From Trichoplax sp. H2 (Eukaryota): a DNA stretch of 64,000 nucleotides. Shown piece by piece: positions 52,126 to 64,000 of the stretch. Every line of letters starts with the position of its first letter. The stretch's first letter is position 1. The DNA lies in NCBI GenBank assembly GCA_003344405.1, contig NOWV01000148.1, forward strand, positions 62,001 through 126,000, written 5' to 3'. The notes under the pieces are model-generated. The model was given only the letters and a program-made list of their open reading frames with translations. It did not search any database and was not told the origin of the DNA. The translations under genes and the position numbers were made by a program.

Positions 52126-53587
52126 ACTTAAAGGAGCCAATTGATCATGATGTAAAAATTTTATTCAATTTAATCTCAATTCACTTAAGAAAATTTTTGA
52201 TAGATTTATAACAATCAATTTACTAATCATTTCTAACTAATAATAACTTTTATTTTATGCACGTACCACAGCTGTCTACGTAATAGTCACTACCATATTA
52301 ATGCATAAGTATTTAAACATCAAATCCATTTCCTTGCATATTCTTAATGCAACTGAATTTATTCACCAATTTAAGCATCAATTAAGAACTGAAGGATATC
52401 TTACATATTATTCACGATTTGCGTGATATTTACTATTTCAGATATAGAAACAGACTAATGGGTAGTATCTTCAAGAATTAGAAAAAAAATCTGAGCATTA
52501 TAGCTGTTCTTCGCCTCTTATTTGATATTTATATCTTGTTACGTTCACCATTTCATGCTGTTAGCTTAATTTAACTTAAATTCAATAAAGATATGTAATG
52601 ATAAGCAATACAGTAATAAAATTATAGCCAGCTAAGGAAGATAAATTGCTTAATGTTTTAGAATATATTTTAGTTTAAATCATTCAATATCAAATAATAC
52701 CTGACATTCATGTGAGTTTGCAATCAATTTACTTCTTCAAATTTTAAAGTTTTGAATTTCAGCTTATAACTTAAGATAATGGTGAATGCCCTTTCTTCAG
52801 CCTCCAAGTGAAACTTCAGTTTAAAGCACAGTATCTCCTCATAAATTTAAAAGTTCATGCAGTGTAAGAACTTAGATACCAGTATGCAAATTGAAATTTC
52901 TGCTATTTTAGTGTACATTTCATAACGAAAATATCGTTAATCGCGCCATTTTAGTAGCCGCAATGATGTGAATTAAAAATTCTACAATTTAATTACACTT
53001 TGCAAGTACGATTGTACAATTTCCTTTATTATTTTTTAAGAAAAAAACGAATGGCTAAACAATATTGCAGTTATAGAAATTGATCTTTTCGTATATTGCT
53101 AATCATTATTTTGTTTTGGCTTATGGCATCTATATTATACAATATTTATTTACAGTTCAAAGTGCATTTACTTCTAAAATGGCACATGTGACAAGAACTA
53201 ACTTTTTTTTATTTCCTTATAAATAAAGAATTTAGGATAATAAAGCTACCTTTTGTAACACCTTCAAGGGTTGAACTATCTTCGTATGTGCAAGAGTCGT
53301 AATTTTTTATTTCTGTCCGCGTCCTAAATGACCTCATTTTATTGCCAGTGACTTAAAATTAATTGCAATAACTGAACAAGTATCATCGCAACAAAATATG
53401 AACAAAAATAAATGGAATAATGGATTGATTCTTTGAAAATATGATTTATCATAAAATTGTCCACATATACAAAAAGCAAGAGTCTAAGTCACACTTCTTT
53501 GGAAATTAACTTACAACATACAAATTATATTATTCATTTGAATGGCAATATTGAATATTGGGTGCAAATAATAAAATTTTCCGTGAA

Positions 53588-53765
53588 GAAGCAATTGAAT
53601 AAGCTGATTATACCAGATGCAACAATGTAATCAATTAAATTAGATCATTAATGAATAGCATCACTTCTCTTAATATTATGAATGTATTTGATCCTATAAG
53701 GAAGCAACTGAACAAGTTCAGTTTGCTCGATACAACAATACAATCAATTAAATTAGATTATTAAT
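53588..53765. repeat. Short diverged direct duplication (about 65 bp, 113 bp apart)
   Basis: GAAGCAAYTGAAYAAG...CAACAAT..AATCAATTAAATTAGATYATTAAT near 53588 and 53701. Confidence 0.6.
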
Positions 53766-54368
53766 AGATAAAGCTCCTTTTCTTTAGGTTTTGATTAATT
53801 TCATTGAAAATATGATTAAAATTTAAAAATATCAACTATTGTCATGTGGCCTGATAATTGTACTTCCTTTTTATTTATATTTGTTTCAAAGCAATGAATG
53901 TTGTAGCAACTGGTCAATAAAACTAATTGTCTGATAATTGTTAAGTTATAACTATGCAATTAAAATCATACGTCCATCGTCAGATGTCTAAATCAATCGA
54001 TACTTATAACATTTAATTTTAAATTTATCCTGCTATAATAATTGCTGCTACTTTAGTCACCAGTCTTGAGATAGCCAAAATCGTTTAGTAAAAAAGCAGA
54101 GAAAAACTTTCAATAAAATCTACAATTTAGATCACTTCATATCGTTATTAAATCGGCATTCGGCCAGGCTTCAGAGTTAATTAAAAAGGTAAATACGTTC
54201 ACTTTTTAGACAAATAATGATTTTTTCTTGAATTAGAATGTTTGCACTTATGCTGTATTATACGGTAAGTGATAGTAATATTTGATCATCATGGCCATAA
54301 AATGTTTAATTTAATGCATATCATTACCTCGTTAGATTTTTGTAGCAATCGCAATTATGTTTAACAGG

Positions 54369-54998
54369 TGTTACAGTGTTATATACTATATTACAGTAGA
54401 AATATCTATGTTAGGATAATTCTGTTAGCCTGTCCTTATTTAGTTAAATTCTAATTTGAATACACTGTGCTTTAATATAGCACTGACTTTTTATGACAGT
54501 GACATATATACACATACTGAAATTAATAGTTATAATAGGGAATGCAAATCGTTCACTTATAGTTCGAATCATTGTGATTGTAACTTACTTATGGTAGATT
54601 GTAAATTATCGTGGAAATGTTCCGTGATAGGACATAGCGTAATCTGACTATTCTGTATTAGTCATCAGATGTCTATGTTCGTAAATACTGTTATCTGCAT
54701 TAAGGGAAAAGTAGCTAAAATTAATATCTAATTCAGTAAATGATTCCAATGTAAATTGTACTAACTATGACTGATGAACTATTGAGGAAGAGTATATAAA
54801 TGCAGTATATCGTGTAATAAAGTGGATTCTTAAACTTAGTGTTTAACGTAAAATATGAGGCATTTAAGTCTTTGTGTAGTCTGCTAGTAGAACAGAAAAG
54901 TGTTTCTGATAGTGCAGATATCGTTCCTTGATACGTGGTTCAAGAAATTGACTTATTGATCGTATTACATTATCTTGTTGCAAAGCTGTTTCGTGACA
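54369..54998 (+). mobile_element. Solo LTR, family A
   Basis: TGTTACAG...TTCGTGACA; flanks ACAGG/GCAGG; collinear with 13886-14514. Confidence 0.92.
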
Positions 54999-55760
54999 GC
55001 AGGATCCCGTAATACTCCTCTATTATAATTACAGGAGATAAAATAATAAAAAGCAAATTACTGTAAGTTTTGATACGTTTTATGAATGCTATATCAAAGA
55101 TAATTTAAATTTAATCCATTACCTCTGATACAATTGGGCAATAGGCCTTAAGTCCTTTGGTCACTTTTAGACATCAAACTGTATAGGAAATTTTGTCTTA
55201 ATTTATTTTAAAGTAAATCCCAGGCATTTAAGATAAAAAAATTTTAGTGATCTATTACTCTAGATAACATTAGGTGATGCAACAAACCATTAAATAAAAT
55301 ACTTAAAATAGAGTAAGTTACAAAAATTCTGAAGACTTAAACTAAAAATAACCTTTAATTGATATTTGAATGAAACGAATTAAAATAGTAGGAGTTTGGT
55401 AAATATCAACTTCTGCTGTAAATCTGCCCGAAAATAATATTAATGATATTTTACAGTAAAAATTTTAGTGGTTCAGCTTGACAATGTAAATTATAGCGCT
55501 TTATTCCATCAACTTTATAGTTAGCTATAATCGATATTGTTTGGATACAATTATTGATAAATTATTACATATACTATATTATTAGAGCATTGCAGGCAAT
55601 AAATAATTCTCAAACGGTCGTTTATCATAGGATTATTCACTGCATTTAAATATTTAAAATAATACGATACATCAGATTTAGGACTGAAATGCTGACGAAT
55701 TTGTATACCAGTCGTTAAAGATATAAAGTAATTGAAAGCTATTCTTATCTATTGAATTTC

Positions 55761-55782
55761 AGAGAGAGAGAGAGAGAGAGAG
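55761..55782. repeat. (AG)11 microsatellite
   Basis: Read directly from the sequence. Confidence 0.95.
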
Positions 55783-57773
55783 ATAATATTTAGTTGCCTC
55801 CTATTTAATCGTATTATAAACTATTACTTTCTGATAATCACTGCATTTCCTATCTGTAAACTTGATTTCTATCTAATAATTATTTTTTGCATAGAATTAA
55901 AAAATTGACCACCTATGATCAATCATACGTATTATTAATAGTCTTTACCTTAGTAATCGCATGTTTAATTTTATGTTGAGTGGCCATTGGTTTAAAATAG
56001 ACTAGAAGACAAGAACAAAGTTAGAAATTGTATTTAACATTATTATTATGATGGTTTTTAGGCGCACTATTCATGACATCTTAAACCTGATCTTCATTGA
56101 CTATATTAAACGGCATACCGAATTCACTAACTCTAAGTTATGATTACAACTTACAAGATTAAATCGTAAATGACACTTATTTAATCAGTACCGTAACTTA
56201 CTGAAATATTACAACTGACAATTACATCAATTTAATCAGCATTACTGTAGTTGATGCTATCGCTATTTCAACTCTAAGATCGAATCAATTCGACAGAATT
56301 ACTATACCATTCGTAAATATAGTATATAATTAGATTTGATTTAATATTCAAATTTAAAAATTTATTTTTTATCGTTCACTCTGAAATGCATGATTTTTCT
56401 TCTTTTATATTAACCTTGATCATCCAAGCACTAGCAATGATGCAGTAGAATTTAAAAGGATATAATTAAGCAAGAAGTTTGTTCTAAAGTTTTAAAATAA
56501 CTATCAAAGTATTGATTTTATTGCACAAAAGTAGTAGTGTTGGGACTATTACTGTAATGAATTAAATTAGATCTTAACATACTTTGATTTATGAAATTTA
56601 ATACCAATCCTTGGTTTATTAATATTAAGATTTTGCATTGTTAATACGAAACTCATTCTATAAGGTGCTCAATGACGTATGTCACCCTATGTTAGTTTAC
56701 TATTCAAATCGCTAGAAACATTTTCAAGCAGGAAAACAGTATGTTATTTCTGAAATAAATTTGATTATAGTGGATGAATTTACTTATAGGGCGCTTACCT
56801 AATACTAATTTATAAATAATTTGATTCTAAGTCTAAGTATTACTATGGTAATTAGTAACCAATTTAAATTCCATCTTAACTGATTTCGCGTACGCTGATA
56901 TCATGAAAAGCTATTATAAATTGCATATATTCGAATCGTGTATTTCTAGTCTATTAATTATACGTGCACTCAACCGATTTTGTATCGTTAATTTGAATTA
57001 AAATGAAGAATTGTAAGTTAACATATTATATTAAAGAACTAATTGCAAAGTAAATTTTAACTAATTAATTCCGTAAGCGTTCCAGGCTACATGGTAAAAG
57101 AGATGGCAAATGTAATTTATCAGTAAATCTATCTACTTTAAAAACGGGATCCTGACATAAGATATAATCGGATTGAATCTTTATTATAATTCTAACTTGC
57201 ATAACCTAATATCTTGTAAACAGTATTTAAGACTCTTATGTCTTCAATGCGTAGCATTAATAGCGCTAATTCTAGCTAGCAGTCGTTATCATTATCAGTT
57301 ATTATAATTAATGAGATATGCAATCCCGTAAAACTCGCTGTTGCCTTTTAGTAGGTCTTTCATAACGTCAAAATAATTTTAATGTAATAAGATTAATATC
57401 AGGCTAATCAATATGTTTATCTTATTTACTTTTAATATAAAGAAACTGTAAAATACGTCACAATTTCAAAATCTTAGTCAACGCAAATAGCTTGATTAAT
57501 GATCATTCTGAATTTCGATAGCGAAATTTTTTAACAAGATCAGTGCTAGTTAACAATTTAAATTATTAGAAAAATCTAATAATATTTGATTACTTGATAT
57601 TTTCAAAGATTTCACATGCAATAAATAGTATCTATATATCTAAGCACTTTCATTTATTACAACTATAACATACTAGAAGTAACCATTACTTCTGCAGCGA
57701 CGATTTAAATTTCATCTGACATGCTTTCATAATAACTCTTTCTAGTACTAGATATTGTAAGGAGAATTATTAA

Positions 57774-58748
57774 ATGGTACAAAACGATAGCGTTCTTAAT
57801 ATGATGGACAACTGTTCTGACTACCATAGCTCCCAAAAAATCTCTGGCCTTCATCCTGTTTATGGCATATTATCCGTCTTGGGAATTATTGGAAATGGGA
57901 TAGTATATCGAGTGATTAGGCAACAGAAAGGATCTAATGCACAATCAGCTGAAATATTTATCACCAGTTTAGCGGTTGCCGATATGCTAACTGGATTATT
58001 CGCTATAGCTGTACCCGATTTTGTTATTCCTTACAAATATTATCATTATCCATCAATAGGTTTACCAGTTTTCTGCGCTATGGTCAGCTCGCAATATTTT
58101 ATATTTTACTTTGGCTTCATATCATTATATACGATAGCAGCTATTAGCTTTGAACGATGGTGCGCTATTGCAGTTCCTTCGAGTTATCGCTGTTTATTTC
58201 AAGCTCATCGCACCAAACGTTATGTCATGATAATCTGGTTAGTCGGGTTAATCTTTCCTATTGACAATATATTTAAACATGTATTGGTCAATAAAGATGG
58301 TTGCGGCCGTTGTAGATGGACCGTGATGTTTAATAATGATAGCATCGAAAGGATTGTCTTTCTGAATTTAGAACTTATTAGAATCTTCCTTCCAACTATT
58401 TTAATTGTATTTTTCTATGGTGACATTGCTAGACGTATTTGGTCTATAAATTCGCATTTTCAAAATCGTGATACTTTTTGTATCAAAATTACGGTTATGG
58501 CTTTCTTTGCAGCATTCGTTTTCTTATTATGTTGGATACCTAATGAATTATATTTCACATTAGTTATCTTTAAAGTTACCAAAATGGATTCGGTAATACA
58601 TCGAACAACGAAATCCATGATTATCTTAAATTCATGCTTAAATCCAATCATTTACATGTCTGCAAATTCAAAATATCGAAAATGCTTTAGGCAATGGTTA
58701 TTGGGTCACAATCGAACTACTTTTGTTGCACCCAAAATGGCAGCTTAA
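57774..58748 (+). CDS. Class A GPCR, single exon, orphan; paralogue 3
   Basis: 7TM; GN, LAVAD, ERW, CWIP, NPIIY; shorter ICL3 and C-tail than paralogues 1 and 2. Confidence 0.95.
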   Translation: MVQNDSVLNMMDNCSDYHSSQKISGLHPVYGILSVLGIIGNGIVYRVIRQQKGSNAQSAEIFITSLAVADMLTGLFAIAVPDFVIPYKYYHYPSIGLPVFCAMVSSQYFIFYFGFISLYTIAAISFERWCAIAVPSSYRCLFQAHRTKRYVMIIWLVGLIFPIDNIFKHVLVNKDGCGRCRWTVMFNNDSIERIVFLNLELIRIFLPTILIVFFYGDIARRIWSINSHFQNRDTFCIKITVMAFFAAFVFLLCWIPNELYFTLVIFKVTKMDSVIHRTTKSMIILNSCLNPIIYMSANSKYRKCFRQWLLGHNRTTFVAPKMAA

Positions 58749-60033
58749 GCCAATTTCATAATTGGACTAATAGTCACGAGAAGAAACAAGTCAAGTTATC
58801 CTCTATCAAAGATTGCTAAGAAAGAAACCCCGATTTGGAAGCAATTTTTATAATTTCCCTGGCTTAATCAGAGATAGGTAAAATTGCTTTCTCATGAAGA
58901 TGTCATATATACTTTCAAAAATAAAACTTCTTCATCCTTTTGAAAACGGATAATTTGAATTGCTAGCATCTATTATGATAATGATAACACAATTATAAGA
59001 TATTACAAATTTTAACATTAAACTATCAAATTAAAGTAAGCTTTTCTCTCCAGCCGACGTGTACCTACGAGATACTGCAAGGTAAATATACTATTAATGC
59101 CGTCCAAAGAATGAATAGTGAAAAAGGAATAAATGCACTAAAACAATTCAAATAAAGTCGGTCGTGGTTGACAGTAAATCTCATCAAGTTCAGTTTCTTC
59201 TCTCACTATTAGCTACTCCAAAAATATTTATTCCAACATAAAATTTAAATTTACATACTCTCAATACCCTTCTTATCTATAAAGAGTTTAAGATTCATAG
59301 TTTTACTACATAGTGATCACCCTTACTTTCCCTTGGGAGGTAAGTAATACTAATGAATGATATACGATTTGAGCTCACTTATTAAAAAATGGAATCGTTA
59401 ATTTTTCTCAAATTAGTATCCCAGATTCTTCGCTACTTCCTTGCTAACTACTACTACAAGCCTTTAAAAGTGATCACAATATGTGGTATAATCATATCAT
59501 TACTTATTTGCGTATGCTAATGATATCACTTATGGTTACGCTATGTCAATAATTATATAAGCAATATGCAAGGAATGTGACAAGTTCATTCAAGTAGTGA
59601 AATTGCTTCGTTGTTGGCATTTTAAGATTTACTGTTAGATACAAATAGATGATAAAATAGAAGCTCCTAAATTAGTGATATCACCCATACGTGAATTAAA
59701 CTCAGTTAAAGATATCATTAATTTATTTAAATAAGAATCCTTGATCCTATGCTACCCCATTGCTTACTTCTACTGGCAGCCTCAAAAAGTGAAGATAATG
59801 TCTGGCATAATCAAATTATTTCTGCTATGCTCATGCTGACGCTCTTACTTTTAAGTTACCGTACGCTAAATAAAAATAATATTGGAAAGATTCAAAGAAT
59901 GTAAATTCATTTAAGCATTCAAATTGTTCCGTTGCTGGCAAGTTTAAAGTTTTCACTTAGTAACAAATCCGCGTATGAAATAGAAACTCCCAAAATAGAC
60001 TACATTTAATATAAAGTATTGAATTTTACTAAC

Positions 60034-60445
60034 TGTGAGGTTGATAGATCAAGAATCTTCAAAACTTTAGAAAATTAAGATTTATTGAACAAAACCTCCA
60101 TTACGAAGATACAACGTAATCGATTAGCTGAGGACCTCTAACGAGAAAGAACTATCTTACTATACTAAACTACTTGCTTATATACACTTCCTCGTTTACA
60201 GTCTTAGCACCTTACTACACACTTCAGTATTAGCATCTCAAATACAGGCTAGTTTACACCTTTCATGTGAAGCTCTAGTGTGAGCACTGTAGCGCTCCTC
60301 TTCAAAAGGATTACAGTTACTAAGCTAGCTATATTTAATACTTAAGCTTCTAACGAGAATATCTATCACATGTTGAACACAACACCTACGGTAGACATTA
60401 CTAAATATATCATCAACTTAGAATACAATATTACACTGTCTTACA
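60034..60445 (-). mobile_element. Solo LTR, family C
   Basis: TGTGAG...CTTACA; perfect TSD CTAAC; matches 47299-47714. Confidence 0.92.
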
Positions 60446-60896
60446 CTAACTCTAAACCCTTCTTGACGAATATTGCTGTCTTTAATGCAGACTTATTTTA
60501 TTATTTAATATCCGCAATTTGCTGTTGAATTATAGGATCGGAAATTCGATGTCCACAAGCATCGAAAAGCACTACTGACGTCAATCTGATTTTCAGTAAT
60601 AGGTTCCAAAAATCCAGCGATATAATACTTGTCCTTTGACTCTTTGCTAACGATATCCTTCATTTAAAGTAAGGTACTATATTACAATTCTCGAATCTTC
60701 AATTCCGATTTCCCAATTGGTTACCGTGCTGTCTCCTAAAAGCTTATTATCTGATCTTCGTGATTTTGTTTCTACCAAATTATTTCTAAAAGTAACTTAC
60801 CAGCAACAAGTTGATTGAAATTTCTTCGATAAAGTAGCCTTACATTTGTTGTTGATGGTAACCTTCCGTTGACTGAAATTAAGCAGGCTATCCTGC

Positions 60897-61342
60897 TGTC
60901 ACAAACCAGCTTCGTGACAAGGATAACGTAAAACAAATCTCTAAATTACTATAGTCTCCCAGATTCAGTATCCCTTAAACTACCTCACAAGAATTTAGGC
61001 GCCTTTGATTATACGTTAAACTCAACTAAACAATTGAGAACTGCTTTATTCAACTATCTGACGGGCTTATATACCCTTCTACAGCAGTTAACATTCACGA
61101 GTCATCTTATAAAAATACTTAGGTGAGAACATTTACTAACTAATTTTTCACAGTCGGACTACAATATGTCCATTCACAGAATCATTTCAGTACACATTAC
61201 AGCACAGCATTAAATTTACTGTTACACTTTTATAATTAGAGTAATTCCTATTGTAAGTAACTAGTTGTAATATATTATTATCACTATATTATATTAACCA
61301 AATTTAGATGGCTATTTCTTCACGGTAGTTCGTACCGTGACA
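60897..61342 (-). mobile_element. Solo LTR, family B
   Basis: TGTCAC...GTGACA; perfect TSD CCTGC; matches 5580-6021. Confidence 0.93.
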
Positions 61343-64000
61343 CCTGCATAATTTCTTAACTAATTGATATAAATTTTACGTAACAGCCGTATTTGCTTTA
61401 GTTTAGGCTTTGGCTAATTTTCTTAATTAATTTATGTAGGATCACAGAATTTTATTCAAAATCCTAATAATTATCTTCAATTATTAACAATATAAATCAA
61501 GCGCACATGGAATGGATTAAAGTAAGCCTTCATTACCACGAAGATATAATCTTATACGATATAAGAAACCATACCCTACAAACGTTAATAGATTTCTTTA
61601 ACAGATTTATTTAAAACTTAGCGAGCTGGTGATAATGTTATAATACTATGATATCAGGTTCCACTTTATCGAGAGATGATAGAGATTACCCGGAAAAACA
61701 TTGAATATCATGTTAATAGTAGCAGTATTCTTGTATAGACTAGTTATGTGAAATTTTATAATCATATTTTTCAAGTTCTAATTCCTTGGGCACGTGCCCT
61801 TTCATTTATATCCCTAATTTATGTCACCTTACCTGTTAATAGCATAGTAGCCCACACGGTAACATATTATCCATATACAAAGGATTCTTTAGCTTCAATG
61901 AAGGTTTCATTTAGTTTTTAGGAGTTACAGCTCGATTTTAAATTATCTAAAGATGATGATTGTTCAAATTACGACCCCATTTTCATTATCATTTTAATTT
62001 TGGAAAAAGCTGAGATCTAATGTAAAATCTTTGCGTAGAAGGTGTTTCAATTATTTGAATATGTATCTTTTCAATAGCTGAACTTACTATATAATAAATA
62101 AAAAAATTTATAATATCTCAAGGTTTAAAACTTACTCCTAAATAAATAATAATTCTAGATCATAAAATTACTTGCTTTCAGAATAGGACCTTATGTGCAT
62201 CGAACTTTTGCGTTTTTTTGCTTAATCAAATTGTTACTTGATACTATATACTAATGAATATCATTATGGTTGCTACAAACTAGAGTTGTTGTGAGGCATT
62301 TTGACTAGTCAGAAGAGAATATTGAATCTATTTTTATATCCAGACAGTAAAAAATCTCATAGCAGAGACGAATTAAATTCTTTTTGTGAAATAGATTTAA
62401 CTTATACCTAAGGCATCTTTCAATAATAAAAGCCAGTAGAGGGTATATGATAAATACTGTATGTTGTGATATAATGACGCAAACAGATCAAAAACTCATT
62501 GTTAGTAGGTCCGTGAAAGGATATATCTTTTTTAGCCGTGAATACCAGGTGCTTATACTCTAATGATTGAATCAAGTAGAATTTTATGTCTGGATAGAAA
62601 TATTTGACCGATACATTTTTAAATCTTAGGCCATTAGTAGATCTATGATATTAATAGGTCAAAGATTCAATCTTAGTCAATCCAGCAATTGTCTCATCAA
62701 GTATCATAGTATTATATCAAGATTCTTCTTTCTATATAGCATTGCCTAAAAATCGTGGAACCATTTATGAAGTAGATATGCTTCAGATAATCAGCAATAA
62801 TCTTATTTCCATCAGTGTCTCCTATGCCGTTATTGAGCGTTCACATTTGCAGTAGTCTGTCTAAGATTGATTTGAATTTAAAGTAGGGTAAAACATCCCT
62901 TAAAAACCGCATTAGTAAAATTGAAAGAAAAGTGCTGCCTAGAAAGATTCTTATCTCTATTCCTCTCCACTAAAATAATGTATCGGTAAAAGCACCTTAT
63001 TCTTATTTTATACAATGAGTTAGGAACAAGTAATTGTAATATTGAATCTCCTTAGGCATATCTCTAATAAGGAGTGCGATACGCTACATATTTTCATTTA
63101 TGAATGATTTTATAGGAGTCTGATTTCGGAATATCATAGAATAGATGGTTGATTAATGATGTAATTATTATGCAAACTTTTTCTATATGAGTAATTAATG
63201 AAAATAATAGAGATTTATGTCGATCTATTTTGTATTAAATATCGTAATTTTATTAAGCAATTGTGCAAAGTTGATGTAACTTAAAATGATTATTACGAAC
63301 CAAATAGAATCAACTAAAAACAGTCATGTTATCAGATATTTATTAATTGATGTTCTGTACAGATTTGAAACAGAGTAGCATAAAAGCAGTTGGATTACTA
63401 TACTTATAGATCAACATGAATTATTGTAATTGTAACAAAATAACTTTTACCCCTATCTTAACTTGTTTATTTGAACGGATAAAGAATCGATTGTAAAAGT
63501 TGGATCATGAAGCTTTTATCGTCTCAAATTTTTAAGGCAAATATCAATAGTCTCCAACTAACGTAAAATAATTTTAATATTAGTTATTGTAATGCTAAAT
63601 AAGAGGTAGCCTATAAACATTATAACGTTATTGCCACAAAGTATCGATGGGGTATTTAACGGCTAAATATCGGTAAATTTAAATTTAGTAGTGCATTAAC
63701 TTCCTTCTCTATTGATCGACATTAATGTGGCTGTCGCATTCGTTTATGCTAACGTGATCGGATGGTATATAGTTTAAATAAATAAGTAAATTTAGGATAA
63801 TTTTCCTCTTTTCGTTATTGTTCTTCATTTTTGAATATTAATTAAAGGTACTAAAATTATTTTATGTGCTTATTATGAAAGTAATTGGCGAATTCTTCGC
63901 GAATTTTGACCGCTTTCACAGAAGCATTACTTCCTTGCTTTTTCAACGGTTTTAGACCAGCAGGTTTATCAAACATTCGCCAATTACCTTGCAGTGGAAC

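Noticed and set aside
13972-54647. Four near-identical 63-aa ORFs (MDILCFNIAL...) as a small Cys-rich gene family
   Set aside because: All lie inside family A LTRs, start at TTG and differ by many amino-acid changes; the 3381 variant lacks most of this segment. The shared frame reflects repeat identity.
47299-60445. Same-family LTR pairs (C here; also D at 21231-30616) as two ends of one element carrying a GPCR
   Set aside because: Each LTR has its own distinct TSD and no adjacent PBS or PPT, so they are independent solos.
60690-60790. UBX-like text (LQFRFPN...LLSDLRDFV)
   Set aside because: It needs a frameshift and a deletion to fit, with no further domain support.

Overview
AT-rich, gene-sparse eukaryotic (animal) genomic DNA with three 20-N assembly gaps. 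Base composition, dispersed intronless class A GPCR paralogues and an intronless ADAM10-like gene suggest an early-branching animal such as a placozoan (inference only). Four intact genes are supported: an ADAM10/17-like metalloprotease with a truncated disintegrin region (- strand, 8244-9854) and three paralogous single-exon rhodopsin-family GPCRs (+ strand, about 26.1, 42.6 and 57.8 kb). The intergenic DNA holds at least 14 LTR loci from at least 6 families: TG...CA ends, 5-bp target-site duplications (TSDs), and a TATA box followed by AATAAA. At 33.2-35.8 kb there is a nest of retroelement pieces: a 5' LTR with a tRNA-Leu-type primer binding site, a solo LTR with perfect TSD, and inside it the 3' end of a Ty3/Gypsy element. 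That element's pol stops right after RNase H and runs into the polypurine tract and LTR with no integrase, which points to Gmr1-like (INT before RT) domain order. Also present: a 216-bp CCAAT-rich tandem array with an inverted outlier, an older ~195-bp array, and gap-flanking allelic duplications that expose structural polymorphisms. All alignments and translations were done by eye; no searches were run.
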